The position numbers and the translations under genes are program-made. A stretch of 58,083 nt of DNA, counting the filler, from Piptocephalis cylindrospora (Eukaryota): assembly GCA_003614145.1 (NCBI GenBank). It is 4 parts of 4 records of this genome, joined end to end, with 100 filler letters (N's around TTAATTAATTAA, not from the genome) between each part and the next. Parts side by side here need not be neighbours in the genome. Positions count along the whole stretch, not along the records: positions 14,606 to 29,077 come from KZ987918.1; positions 29,178 to 43,604 come from KZ987919.1; 2 more parts are not named here. One strand, 5' to 3'. The notes beneath the pieces were generated by a model. That model did no database searches, had not been told where the DNA came from, and saw only the letters and a list, made by a program, of their open reading frames with translations. Positions 23,845 to 36,268 of the stretch are shown piece by piece. The stretch's first letter is position 1. Each line of letters opens with the position of its first letter.

Positions 23845-26800
23845 TCAAAGATACCCCATCCGCCTTCGGTAATTCTCTTCTTCTTGGCGTGTCAGCTTAT
23901 CCGGTCCCTCCCAGTGGGCAGAGCTACTGCGTGGTCGAAATTTCCCTGCATGCCTCCCCTTGAAGATGTCTGCTCCCAATGTATCCCAATTGCGTGCAAA
24001 TGAGTTTCAGTACAAGGTCAAGTCCCCCCCTCCCCCAGCTTCTAGCTCGTCTACTTACCAGGAAGATGCAGCGGTTGGATGACCCCAAAGATGGAGTCAG
24101 GGTTGATTTTGGCTTGCTTAGCTAAGCGCGCATCCAGTCGGTCACCTTTAGCCCAGGATGGCGTAGGCGGTTTGGCTTTGATCTTGGGCTTGGCCTTGAT
24201 TTCCCTTTCCTCCGCCTTGGCCCCTTCCTCTTCCGATGGTCTAAGAGTATGGGTGGGGAGGGTTAGATGATTGACCAAAGGCCCCAGGGCATACCTCCTA
24301 GATCGGTGAAACGTCCAACTTACTCGCTTTCAATATCGGGCAGCTCATGAACCACGTTTCCATCTGATAACTTTCTCGTCATCACAATACTCTTGATCTC
24401 TTGAGGATCTCCCTCAGTCAAGATCGATGTTTCCTCCTCCATGCCCCCTTCTTGCTCCCAAGCATCTTCCTCGTTGCCCATTTCTTGGTCAGGTGCTTTT
24501 ATAAAAATACCTTCTTCATCCTCATTAACCCTTTCTTCTCGTAGCCCCATCAAACTACTGACAGTCTCCTTGTTCGTCTCCACAGAGCGAATCGGTCCAG
24601 TCCACTCCATGTTCAACTCTTGATCTGATATGTCATCATCCGCTCCTTGTCGAATCAAGGATTTATCGTTCCCTTGCCTCTCTCCTTCCATCGTTCTGAA
24701 TCCCTCCTCTTCGGGGGTTCTCTTGGTTGTCTTAAATGGAACAGGCCGCCTTTCTTCCCCCTTCTCCTTTCTCTCCCCCACAGGAAGGAGTTGCTTCCCC
24801 ACGCCTAAAGAGGTTATCGGTTTATCTAGATCCGCAGAAGTGGGAGTGTTGGCTCCGACAAGCAATCCTCCTCCCTTACGGATTGTCCCGGCGAGTACTT
24901 CCTTACGCTCTTCGGCCTTTCGACGATCCTCCTCCCTTCTCTTCTCCTCAGCCTTCCTTCTATCCTCCACCTCCTTGCCCCTTCGTGCCCCCTCCTCCAG
25001 CCTGGCCCTCTCTCTCTGCCTCTGTAGTTGCTCCCTCCTCAATTTCTCCTGTTCCTGTTTCTTGGCCGTCGCCGATGCAAGCATCAACGATCGAATCGGT
25101 GGGATGGTCCTGGGCTTTCCTGATCCTGGAAGGGACCCCATATTCTTTCCCATGGTCTTGGTTACTACTTGCCCGGATCCTCTACCGCTCGTCTTACCCC
25201 CCTGAGAGCCATTTGATTCCTGGGAAGAATTAACCAACTTGGATGAGGTCTTTGTGGGTGGACAGCCCGAGTGGTTCCGGGCCCCAGGCCGAACGGAGGC
25301 CTCCCTTTGCTTGGATGGTCCAGTGGAAGTGGAAGTAATGGGAAACTTGGATAACAAGGAGGCACCCAGGATCTTTTTTGGTCGTACAGCACCCGTAGAT
25401 GAACCGGAATCGGTGGAAGCTGCCTCGATAATCCGAGCGGCCTTTGCTGGTGCCTGCTGTGATACACTCTCTATCCGGGAAGAGTGCGAAAATGCTTTGG
25501 CTGGTTTTTGCGTCGTCCGAGATAACTGACCTGAGGTCTTTCCTGGCCCTTGCTCTACCTGGGCAGATACTTCGCTTGATACCTGCTCTATTCGAGATAG
25601 CCGGTCTGGGTCCCTGCTTGACAATTGCTCCCCTCGAGACATTTGATCCGAGGCTGTGTTTGATATTTGTTCCACCCGAGGGGCTTGAGCTGGAGTTTTT
25701 TCTGGTGCTTGCTCCATCCGAGAAACCTTTGCTCCAGCCTGTCGACCCACTGGTGTCTTGAAGGGATCCTTTTTTTTAAGTCGATCTTCCTTCGCTTCCT
25801 CAGTATCAGCCTCATCCGCATTTTTTGGTCCAGCGGCACGAGATCTCTTCCCTTGGGATTGTGTACGCTGAATTATACGTCGACGTCGACGCTGGGATCG
25901 ACCAAAGGCAGGGCTTGTGAAAATTCCCTTATCCTTCCCGTCTCCCTTGGTCCCCTTCTTTTCATCCCACTCCTCCCCTTCGTTCATCTCATCTAGCTGC
26001 TTCACTCCCTTCAAGACGAGGCTTTGTCCCTTGCCCCGGCCCCTACCCGACAATTCAAGACCCAAAGAGTCCTTTGGCTTCCTCCTGTTCTCCCCTTGCT
26101 TCGCCTCCTGGGCCGGGATCGGCCGACCTGAACGATCCATGACCCATGGAGTATCATCCTTACCCCAAGTATTAGCCTCTTCGTCCCATGGAATCCCATC
26201 CCATCTTTCCCTCCTTCCCTGGGTCTTGGAATAGCCAGGGGACATAGAGGCGTACCCCACATCTAATGAGGCTACCATGGGACTTTCCTTCATCTCTACA
26301 TTTTTCCTTCGTCCGGATGGATGGGGTGAGTCTCGATCATGGAACCCTCTCCTCTCCTTCCTCTCCACCCTTGCTTGGGAGATAATGCCTGGGGAAGCTA
26401 AGACCTCCCGGTCTGGAGGGTGAGGATGGGGGGAGACGGCAATGTCAGAGGTGTCGGATGTAAGGGTTTTGCCGACCCGACTCCTATGCGGCGAGCCCCC
26501 TTCGTCGGCCATTTCGATTGATTTTCTCGACATTCCTGAATTCGGAGGTATGGTATCAAACATGGGATTAAAGGAGGGCTCACGCCTTGGCAATTTTAGA
26601 TGCTCCTCTGACCGATCATGAAGCCGAGGTGAAGATGATTCCCGATCGATTAGTGAGTCTCTCCTCAGTACCCGTCTCCATTCCTGCTCCCTCCCTTCGT
26701 CAGCCACAGGGGAGGGGTTATGGGTGAGAGGCACTTCGGCATGTACATGTTGCTCTGTCCACCCCCTCTCCATCTGCTCGGCGTTCAGGGTAGCTCGTAA

Positions 26801-28352
26801 CATACTGAGCTTTTTCCGTAAGATGTCCGTTCCAGAAGGTCCCCGTATGTCTCTTTGCTTCCATTCCGTATCATCCTCATCGGTATCCTCGTCCTTTTCC
26901 TTCTTTACCTTGTCTCTCTCCACTGAGGTATCCCCTGACACCGTAGGGCCATTATCTCTTTGAGGCTCCACCCAGGTATGGCCTGAGAGGGTTATGGGCT
27001 CCGGAGCGAAATGATCCAGTTGAGAATCTGAGGTGGACATCATATGTTTCTTCTCTTGGCTCGTCGACATATTCGTCCCAGGGGTCATGAAAGCCTCAAG
27101 GGACGGTCGGATAGTCATGGGGCCTTCATGGGGACCAATCGTAATGGAAGAAAGAGAAGGGACTTTTCCAAGGGTGGATGATCGATGAGACCTAGCATGG
27201 GAATCCTTCGAGGAGTAAGTGACTTCATCATTGTTCGAGAAGGGGTCATTAGAAATCCGCTCGGTTGGGGCAGGTGTAGGTTCTGGTGTTGGAGAGGCGT
27301 TGGGAACGGAAGTAGGACGAAAAGATGGTTTCTTGGGTTCATGGGAGGCTTTCAGCAAGGGATACAAGGGTTGATCAAGGCCTGAGGGAGTTTTATGCGA
27401 TTGAGCATGGGCCGTGGGACGTGGAGGAATGGAAAAATTGATGGGGATGGAAGGGAGATGGGCAGGAGAGGCCTTGGGAGTTTTTTCCTTTTCAGCCCTC
27501 ATAGTGTCCTGATTTAGGGGATGGGTGGAAACGGTTGGCCGGAACAAGGACGAGCTTTCTTTAGTGGGTTGAGACTTTTGAAGTGCTGGGAGAGGGAGGG
27601 GCAAGGGGGAAGTAGAAGAAGATATCATTGTCGGTTTACTCTTGAGAGGAGAGATCCGGGCACTGTTTCCAGCGCCATCTTCGTCTCTCTTAGGTTCTGA
27701 GGGTGGCAAAGCAGACCCTTCATCATCGGTTAATGGAATGTCGACTTGGAAGTCATCATGAGGGGACTCTTCTTGCAAACTGCCATTCTCCTGCGATCTC
27801 CTTCTCTTTCTTTCTGCTTGAGCTACAGGGGTCTATATGAACAAGGTATGTTAGGAATTGCAGCAGGCGTGAGTGGTAGTAGAGCTCCACTTACCAAGGT
27901 ACGCTTAGGAGGGAGAGGGGGGGGGAGAGGAAGAGGAGGAGGAGGGGAACGGCTTTGTCGGGCATAAGGGAGGGATGGGATACTGGGTTCGGTGACCAAA
28001 GGAACGTTCGTGTCAGTCTCTTCTTCCTGACTTGGCCGAGTGGAGTGGGAAGATGCCTCGTTGGGATCACCATCCTTCCCTGATCTACACAGATGGATCA
28101 GAAATAAGAGAGTGAGGTAATTAGGTGTAGGAAGTGTAAAGCATGGCAGATCAATTATCCCTACCTTGGGGTGGGAAGAGAGGCAAAGAAGGAATCCAGC
28201 CATTCCATATTGTCCTGATGCATACCCTGAAGGTCTTTCTTACGCTGTGCGCCTAGTTGATCCATGTTTTCCATCTCAGTGATGATCCAAGGGACTTTTC
28301 CCGAGGGAATGGGCTGCAGACCCTCAGGCGAAGGTGGTCGTGGGATTGTCAT
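23845..28352 (-). CDS. Inner centromere protein INCENP (Sli15/Pic1 homologue)
   Basis: N-terminal PWIITE...NMEWL helix, charged single-alpha-helix segment, and IN-box ELPDIESE...PSWAKG...LAKQAKINPDSIFG...DIFK...KFRPRSSSAHW..D.LT..E...YRRRMGY. Introns at 28164-28085, 27894-27823, 24323-24241 and 24058-23970. Confidence 0.88.
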
Positions 28353-28781
28353 GGGATGCTAGAATGTGAGGGTTTGGAAGCTGGACAGGCTCGGTCAGCC
28401 AAGGAGAGGGGAAGGAATGAACAAGTGAGAGAGGAGTGAAAAGGTGGATCAACAAAGGAATGGCTTAAAGATAAAGGGAAGGAGAGAGAAAGAGAAAGAT
28501 GGAGGTGAAGAAAGAAAAGGATGTGATTGAAAGGGCAAAGGATCAAAAGGGAAAGGACAAATGTAAATAGAGGAGCTGGCTTAGACACGCTGGATTGGCT
28601 AGAGGAATGTGGAACCCCGGTCAAACTTGGTGAGGCTTGATGTGACTCCGCGTTGGCCCCGCGTTCTTTGACTTGACTACGAAGGAGTCGAATAGGGGAT
28701 AGGAGCTTGCAGCTTGGACTGTGGCATATACTCCTTTGGCCCAGAACCTTCTTGATCCTTTTCTCGGCAACGACTAAACTC

Positions 28782-29077
28782 ATGACCTCCAACTCACCAA
28801 CATTAGGCCAGGAGGTGTACTGGAGGCTCGCGCAAAAGTATCTGGATTCAGGAATTCGACTCCTCCAGCGAGCAGGACCAGGTGATCGAGAGCACATACT
28901 GCGGTACCAACAGCTGATCCGAGCCACGGTGGCCACCTTGACGGGGGCTCTTCAGGGGCGGGAAGGGCTGATCTCGCCGGTGGCCGAGGCACAAACAAGG
29001 TATGCTCTGGCTTTGGTCCTGCACGAACACACACAATGTACACGGGAGACGGAGCGACAAACGCGTCGAGCCCTGGC
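28782..29077 (+). CDS. Cohesin loader subunit MAU2/Scc4-like, N-terminal fragment truncated by gap
   Basis: LAQKYL...YQQLIRATVATL...PVAEAQTRYALALVLHEHT...E matches the N-terminal pattern of the cohesin-loading factor family. The ORF runs into the N spacer. Confidence 0.72.
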
Positions 29078-29177
29078 NNNNNNNNNNNNNNNNNNNNNNN
29101 NNNNNNNNNNNNNNNNNNNNNTTAATTAATTAANNNNNNNNNNNNNNNNNNNNNNNNNNNNNNNNNNNNNNNNNNNN
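29078..29177. other. Artificial scaffold spacer
   Basis: 44 N + TTAATTAATTAA + 44 N. Confidence 0.97.
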
Positions 29178-29915
29178 GTAGGAGGGGTGATTCGATGGGT
29201 TGAGAGAGGTGAGGAGTGGGATGTGGCTTGCTTGGCGATGAGGGTGGGGCGGTAAAGAGATATGGAGATGGGTGTTTTAGTCGGGACGATGAGATGGTAG
29301 TAGGGATGAAGATGGCTTGCTTGGTGGAGGCGAGCGAAAAAGAGTGGGATGGGAAGGGTATGGGCGGGGCAGGGCTGGAAACGGCGGAGGAAGGGGGAGG
29401 GGAAAGAGAGGGCAATAAAAAGACTAGAGTGAAAGAGTACAAGGGAAGGATGCTTTCTTTGAGGGGGGAGGAGAAAAGTAAACCCTGAAAGTGGATGATC
29501 ATCCCCCTTCCTGTTCAAACCCCAGTCATTAAAGATCCTCTCACCCTCGTTCAAAGCGGTGACTTGTGGTTTGATGGATGGATGGGGCGGGCCGCTGGCT
29601 TTAGAATATGAGAGAAGCACATGACTTGTCTGTGAATGGTACTGTGTAGCGTTTGATGGGGTGATGAAGGAGAGGCCTGAAATCTGGCGATCCCTCCACT
29701 TCTAAAGGGACGATGTCGAGTGAAATCGATGTGCGTTATTTATTATTTTTTATCCTATTTTCCCTTTTTCGCATCCCACTGTAACTTTCAGCCCAAAGAG
29801 ATCACGATGGTCCTTTCAGTGCAGATGGGGTCGTCAAGAAGAAGAAAAAAAGAAATAGCTCCTATTTCACTCTTCATCTCAACAAACATAACAACCCTCC
29901 TCTCTAACAGCGCTT

Positions 29916-30931
29916 ATGGGACGACGGAAAGGATCACTTGCTCAGACTCCCAAGGAATCAGATCCAGAGTACGTGAAGGCTTTCGTGAGGACAGAGAGAG
30001 TGGGCTCTTTCTATTTTGCTCATTCCAGCCATTAGCCTGGGCAATGCCCCTGGAAAGGACGACTTTAGTGGACTACAGAGAGCCAAACGGGGAAAGAGGA
30101 AGACCTCCCCGGATGATATGCCTCGGGGATTTGCCCTGCTGATGAAGCATCAGGAGTTCAAGAAGCGCAAAGTGGAGGAGAAGAAGCAGGAGGCTGAGGC
30201 CCGAAAGACCCAGGTAAGCATCTCAAGAGGCATGATGCATCGATGGAACAAGATAAGATGAACCCTCCGCTCTTTATAAATAGATGAAGAAGAAGAAGGA
30301 GAAGGGGGGGACGGAGCAGGAAGATCTGATGAAGGACATGCAAGCCAAGATGAAACAGGCCCCGGGTGAGTCATTTGACGCCTACTCTCGACGACTGCGT
30401 GAGGTGACCCATCAAGCGGTCCGTCTTGCCCAAGATGCCCCTAGTGCTACACCCAAAGAGATCAGCGATCGAGTCAGGAAGAATAGGGAGACGCGCAAGA
30501 CTAAGCTCGGAGCCAAGTTTAAGGACCAGGAGGAGGAATCCTCCTCCAAGTTCTATCCCGTGGATGTGGTGCGATTTGGCGATGTGGCCGATGCCCCACC
30601 CATGCTCTCAGTTAAGCCCAAGGCCCGAGGCAATGCGGCCATCCTTGAGGCTGCGCTCAAGGCCAAGCGGGAGAGGGAGCTATCGGGCAAGGCGGCAGAG
30701 GAGAGACAGGAAAGACTGCGCAAGGCCAAGGAGAAGCAAAAGACCGAGACAACCGCCCTGGACCAGGAATTGGACGACATGAAGCGACGTAATCGTGAGC
30801 GGGCTCGGGGGCTTTCCGGAGCTGCCAAGGCTGCCCGGGAAAAGGAGCGAGATCGTATCATCTCTGGCTACCGGTCTATTCGGGCCAAGAAGCAGGCGGA
30901 TATGGAAGCCAATAAGCCCAATGAATCTTAG
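29916..30931 (+). CDS. CCDC137-like basic coiled-coil (probably nucleolar) protein
   Basis: Introns at 29969-30035 and 30214-30283. Motifs DDMPRGFALLM, PGESFDAYSRRL, DVVRFGDVADAPP.L..KP and ERDRIISGYR. Confidence 0.75.
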
Positions 30932-31193
30932 AGGAAGTGCGTGAATAGGAGCTAGATAAAATTGATTGAATAGTTGCATGACACTTTATATATGTGTGTG
31001 GGGAGCATGAACGCGTTTCAGTGTGTGGGTGTGTGTGTAGAGGGACGCGTAGGCTTCAACGCCTTATGATGCGTCCGTCCATTTCTACACGAAGTGAGCT
31101 CAAACGTGGAGAAAGGATAAATAGAAGGGATAACCCCACCCTGATGGCATACATCCATTTCCTTTTCCCTTCCTCCCCCCTTTCCAAAGAGCC

Positions 31194-32010
31194 TCATAAA
31201 GTATTTTCGGGTAGTTGCATGGCATCTTCCAAGTTATCCAAGTTAACACTGCTCCAGTGGGATAGGATAGGGGGAAGGGTGAGGGGGTCCAAGTCAGGCC
31301 AAGTACGCTTGATCATGTCGACAACGGCGGCGAGGATCACTCGATTGCCGGACCGAGTCATGTGAAGACCATCGGAAAATAGATCCTGAGGAGGACGAGG
31401 ATCCTGAGTAAAGATATTCCAGAGATCGACCACGGGCACACTGAGTTCACACGCCACTTCTAGACAGGCACGAGAGTATAAGGCCGTCTGCTCTGGATCC
31501 CGATCCCTAGATCGACCCTTCATGGCACATGTCTCCTCCCAGGCCCCGTCATTGAATGGCGGGGGTGCAATGAGGAGGAATCGAGTGTATGAGGAGTGTC
31601 GCTTGACCGTATGGTACATTTCTTCCAAATTTTTCTTGTACTTCTCCAGCGGAGTATGCTGCGTGTTCGGGGCTAAGACTGAATCATTGGCGCCGAGGAA
31701 AACAATGACCAAGGCAACATTCGAGCTACTGCCCTGCTCTGGAGGGAGCAGCTGGGGGAGGATGTGCTTTACCCACTCGGTTGTATACCCTATCCCAAGG
31801 GAGGGGGGGAGATGAGTATGGGAGTCGCGGAAACGAAAAAGGAGGAGGGGAGGGGAGCTTACCTGTAAATCCACGGTTCACGACGTCCATCTTGCGAGTG
31901 TACAAACTGTTCAGGGTAATAGCCCAGCCCGAGTCCTCTACACGACCGCCATACTCAGTTAGGGAGTCTCCAACGAGAAGAATTTGGTTAAGTCCTTTTG
32001 CCGTGGGCAT
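31194..32010 (-). CDS. IAH1: SGNH/GDSL isoamyl acetate-hydrolysing esterase
   Basis: ILLVGDSLTE, DVVNRGFTGYTT, VFLGANDS and FSDGLH blocks. Phase-1 intron at 31862-31790. Confidence 0.92.
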
Positions 32011-32431
32011 CTTGAGGAGGCAGGGATGGAGATGGGGTAGAGAGGAGAGGAGGCAAAGACAGAGGCAAGGTCGGAGAAGATGGGTGTGGGAGGAGGGAAG
32101 GAGGGATTTAACCCCGGTCCATCCGCTAGGTTTTAAACTCCCACTGACGGACTGTTATCATCAAGCGTGATTCCCACGGGGCCGAGGCGCGTGTGGATCA
32201 TCTTCATCGACGATGACTCCTCCCAGTCGTAACCACATCGGGCGGATCGCACAACAAGACCACGTCACAACAAGACCCGCTTCACAACGAGACTCATTTC
32301 TTCACAACGACAACACCAAACAAGTCGATAAGCTATAAATGAAAGAAAGAGGGGATACGAGAGTACGATGTACATTGATCCAAGCCGACATTTTCAAATG
32401 AATTACCCCTCCGCTCTCTCCCTCTCCCCAC

Positions 32432-34894
32432 CTACACCTCGACCTCCTCCTCTTTAAGAATTTCCTTGCCATCCGATGCCTCCTGAGGTTTGGGAGTCGC
32501 TCGGTCTTCCACATCGACCTCCTCATCGTCCTCGAGGATAAAGACCGAGTTGGGTCGGCCATCGAGGGAGGGACGAGGGGACCGATTCTCCTGGATGGCC
32601 AACCCCTCGCCTGCGCTCGACCGTCTGGCCGATGATACAGGGAGGGATGAGGAAGGGATAGTAGTGTCGGGGACCTCCTCCTTCCTCTCCCCCACATCCT
32701 CCTTGACCTCATTCCGTTCCGAAATAACCTCCCGAAGCAATCTAGCCTTGGTTCCAAGTCGATTCTCAAAGTCCACTCCCTCGGATTCCCCTTCGACACG
32801 ATCCAACCAGCCTTTGGCCTCATCCCACCTCTCCCCATCCTGACAGGCCATGACAGCCAATTCGAACCATGCGTGTACCTGAATCAATGTTCGCTTCTTT
32901 GAGGTAGAGGAGGAGGAGGATGAGGAGGAGGAAGAAGATGAGCTCTCCCCTCCGGACCCAGAGGAGGAGTCGGACCTGTCAACCAGAGCATCGGCCATGG
33001 AGCATTCTCCAGCAATGCACAGGAGACGCTGGGCAGTTTGGTAGTCGGCAAGCTCGCGGGAGGCACAACCGCGGATGAGGGCCGAGGCCGGGAGGAAGGG
33101 GCCGTACCGGACATCACAGAGGGTGAGGGTGATGCGCTCAAGACGGGCCGGGGTCATCTGGCCATAGACATTCCAGACGAGGGAAAGCTCCAGGATGGGA
33201 AGCTCCAGCTCACCCCGATTCCAGTCGCGCCAATCACGAAGAAGAGCCTTGGAACAACGTTGGACGTACTGTTCGGCTGGGATCAACCGACCGCCAAATC
33301 GTTTCTTCAATAGGCCTGACACACGGCCCAAACGGTCCTTGGCCTGATCCACGGCCCCGGAGGCCAGGAGACAAGTGGCGGCAATGTAAGTGTAGAAAGC
33401 ACGGGACCAATTGGCGTTCTCAGAGAGGCGGATAAAGAGGTCGGCGGCGCGGGGATAATCGGCGGTGGTGATGCAGCACCAACCCAACTCATATTCGATC
33501 AGATACTCGAGCTGCATCAGATGCTTGGTCACATGATCGTCTGCGCCCACCTCAGTGTCCAAATCCAAGTCTTCCTCATCATCGTCCTCTAAGCGACTGG
33601 ATTCCTTGGACATATCAGCATCCATCCCACCGAGAAGAGAGATGGCCTCGTCGAGACGGGATGAGAGACGGAGAAGTCGACCCTGCATGAGAAGCCACAA
33701 CCGTCCATGAGGATAGCGGGTACGCATACGAGTGCACAGGGCCTGAGCTTCGTCAAAATTAGCCGAGGGCCCGCCAGGACGGTAGGAGAGAAAGCCGGCT
33801 AGGGCCGTGTGATAAGCGAGGAGGGCAAGGGCAGCCAGGGGGGCATGAACATCCCGAGGCTTGGAGGCACACGTACGTAATTGACGCAGGCCTTCAGCCC
33901 TATCACCCCGATATCCCAGGGCCGAGAGGGCACGAGTGGCCCTTTGAGGAAGGAGGGAGAGAAGGAGGGAGAAGAGGCCTCTGCCCATCAGGATGCCACC
34001 AATGGCCAGGGAGCCACCCTCAGTTCCAAGGGTATCTTCATACGTGGGATGAGGGGCGGCGGAGGAGGAGGAAGAGGAGGGAGAGGATGGGGCATCGGGG
34101 GAAGGGGTGGGTGGGCAGGAGGTGGGGTGACTCGCGCTATCTAAGGAGGCCCTCCCAACATCCCCAGAGTCTAGAGAGCTTGGAGGCGGGACGGAAGATC
34201 GACCATCTACACTCTGCCGCTTGATGATGGATTGTAGACGGTAAGGAAGGGTGGGACGATCAGTGTCATTGGAGAGCGAGGAAGCGGATGAAGACACGGA
34301 GGAGGATGATGATTGACGGGCCATGTCCACAGAGGGGTTCCTGGAGGAGGAGGAGGGCTTGGGGGACTGGTGCATGGATTTGTGGATGGATTCGTAGGCA
34401 TTGTGAGATCTTCGAAGTTTGTAGATACCCTTTGCATAATCCAGGACACTTTCGCGGACAAACATGGTGCACGCGCCCATGAGGTCACAATCGGCGGCAA
34501 TGACCTCGCAGCCCAGGGCGTCCTCGGCCCTACCGAGCTTCCGAAGTTTCTTTGCCCTGGCCATGGCCATGGATTCAGCGGTAGCGAGGCGCTTCTGGGC
34601 CTCGGTCAGATCCGTCTCCTCGAATCCGAGCATGGCGGTGATGAACGCGCCCATGCCATAGCCCAAGGCGTGGACGGGGGAGGAGGAGGATTGGGGTTCG
34701 AGGATGGCCATGGCCTGGGCAATGTTATCGTCGAGGAGAAGGTCAAAGCCTTCCATGGCCGAGGCAACCAATTCCGCAGAGGAGAGCGAGGAGGAGGGGT
34801 TGACGGCAGCTGTAACTGGGGAAGACCGACCGGATTCCGACCTAGCGGGGGATCCAGGGGCGGACTTTGCCCATGAAGTGACCGAGGACCACAT
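32432..34894 (-). CDS. IML2: IML2/TTC39-family TPR protein
   Basis: AMLGFEETDL..A..RL..AE, KGIYKLRRS, GLFSLLLSLLP...ALGYRGDR..GL..L, RYPHGRLWLLMQGR, WSRAFYTYIAA and DFENRL. Intronless. Likely start is MWSSVTSWAK. Confidence 0.88.
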   Translation of the reverse strand: MWSSVTSWAKSAPGSPARSESGRSSPVTAAVNPSSSLSSAELVASAMEGFDLLLDDNIAQAMAILEPQSSSSPVHALGYGMGAFITAMLGFEETDLTEAQKRLATAESMAMARAKKLRKLGRAEDALGCEVIAADCDLMGACTMFVRESVLDYAKGIYKLRRSHNAYESIHKSMHQSPKPSSSSRNPSVDMARQSSSSSVSSSASSLSNDTDRPTLPYRLQSIIKRQSVDGRSSVPPPSSLDSGDVGRASLDSASHPTSCPPTPSPDAPSSPSSSSSSAAPHPTYEDTLGTEGGSLAIGGILMGRGLFSLLLSLLPQRATRALSALGYRGDRAEGLRQLRTCASKPRDVHAPLAALALLAYHTALAGFLSYRPGGPSANFDEAQALCTRMRTRYPHGRLWLLMQGRLLRLSSRLDEAISLLGGMDADMSKESSRLEDDDEEDLDLDTEVGADDHVTKHLMQLEYLIEYELGWCCITTADYPRAADLFIRLSENANWSRAFYTYIAATCLLASGAVDQAKDRLGRVSGLLKKRFGGRLIPAEQYVQRCSKALLRDWRDWNRGELELPILELSLVWNVYGQMTPARLERITLTLCDVRYGPFLPASALIRGCASRELADYQTAQRLLCIAGECSMADALVDRSDSSSGSGGESSSSSSSSSSSSSTSKKRTLIQVHAWFELAVMACQDGERWDEAKGWLDRVEGESEGVDFENRLGTKARLLREVISERNEVKEDVGERKEEVPDTTIPSSSLPVSSARRSSAGEGLAIQENRSPRPSLDGRPNSVFILEDDEEVDVEDRATPKPQEASDGKEILKEEEVEV

Positions 34895-35318
34895 GAGATG
34901 GGAGGGGTATATAGAAGGGGGAAGGGAAAGAGAGAGAGAGAGAGAGGGAGGGAGGGAGGGAGGGAGAGAAGAGAGTAAGGGTGTAAAAGGCCAAAGAAAA
35001 GCAAAAAAGAAGGGAGGAAGAAAGGAAGGGAAAGGGATGCGAGGAGAAGAGGGGAGTGGGGGCACACGTAGGCACTAGTAGTCGGGAATGCGAGTGGGCG
35101 AGTGGGAGATGAGTGAGTGTTTTAAGAACTAGAAGAGAGAGGGAGAGAAGAAAGAGGAGGAAGGATGGCTTGGGAAAGAGAGATACAGGGAAAGGAAGAG
35201 TGAGAAGAGGGGGGGGCTGAAAAGCGCAAGGAAGGGGAGACAGGGTATGCAATTGTCGGAGGTGAGAGGGATATGTGTTGTTACTCAGGCGAAGGGATGA
35301 GCACATCTTTCATGAGGC

Positions 35319-35321
<3 letters not shown>

Positions 35322-35352
<31 letters not shown>
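35322..35352. repeat. (GT)n microsatellite
   Basis: About 15 TG units upstream of IML2. Confidence 0.9.
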
Positions 35353-35353
<1 letters not shown>

Positions 35354-36268
35354 TATCCCCTCCCAGGCGCGGGATAAGGGTGGGCCAGGCAGGGGGAGGG
35401 GAGGGGGACGAATCGTGCCTTTTACTCGTACCCTTGGCAGAGAATTCTCTCTCTCTGTCTCTCTCATACAGTGTGAAGCGGTTTTGAGTGGGGAAAAGGA
35501 TGAGCTGGCGGGGTTTTATACTCTGATGGTGTATGTGTGCATGTGTGTGTGTGTGTATCTCCAAACCCCCAGAAGTGCGGTCTTACTGGTGTTGAGTACT
35601 ACTCGGTTGAAGAGGTGCTGTTGTCAGTACGACACATAGTGTGGAGAGAGGGTGGGACTGAGAGGGGATTGGTGATGAGGGTTCTGCACCTCTCTCCGTG
35701 CACTGAGATGAACCTGGCCCAATGTGCGCTGGAGTTACTTTTCCCCACGCCGACACACGCCATCTACTCGGATGTGTAGGTGTAGACGGACGACTAGGGT
35801 CAGAGGATAGTCACCCTCTCTCTCCCCCTCCTGGAGGAATGTGAATATAGTAGAACCACCGGGCCTACATGAGCCCAGGAATCCAGAAAAATGATGTGCC
35901 TCCCACGGACCCACCATAGAGCATGGATGATCCAGCCACCCTAGATGCAATACTTCAATGATCATTTGATCAAGTCGTGCCTGGGATGGTATCTTATCCG
36001 TGACGCCGCAAAACGATCATGGATTGCCTCTAGGAGGATATTCAAGAAAGATAGATATGCTGAAACGGTCATCGATTGTTCATGAAAATGCACTGGCTCA
36101 GTGTTGCCATCTACAGCAAGTAGTTTCATGCCCAGGAAATCACATTTTATAATGCGCATGTAAAAGAGAGGCGTGGGGGCTATGAAGATGTGTATTTCTA
36201 AGGAATATTACTCATCCCACATGAGGCTGGATTAATCGTGAGGGAAATCGGTCAATCGCTCGAGGGGT

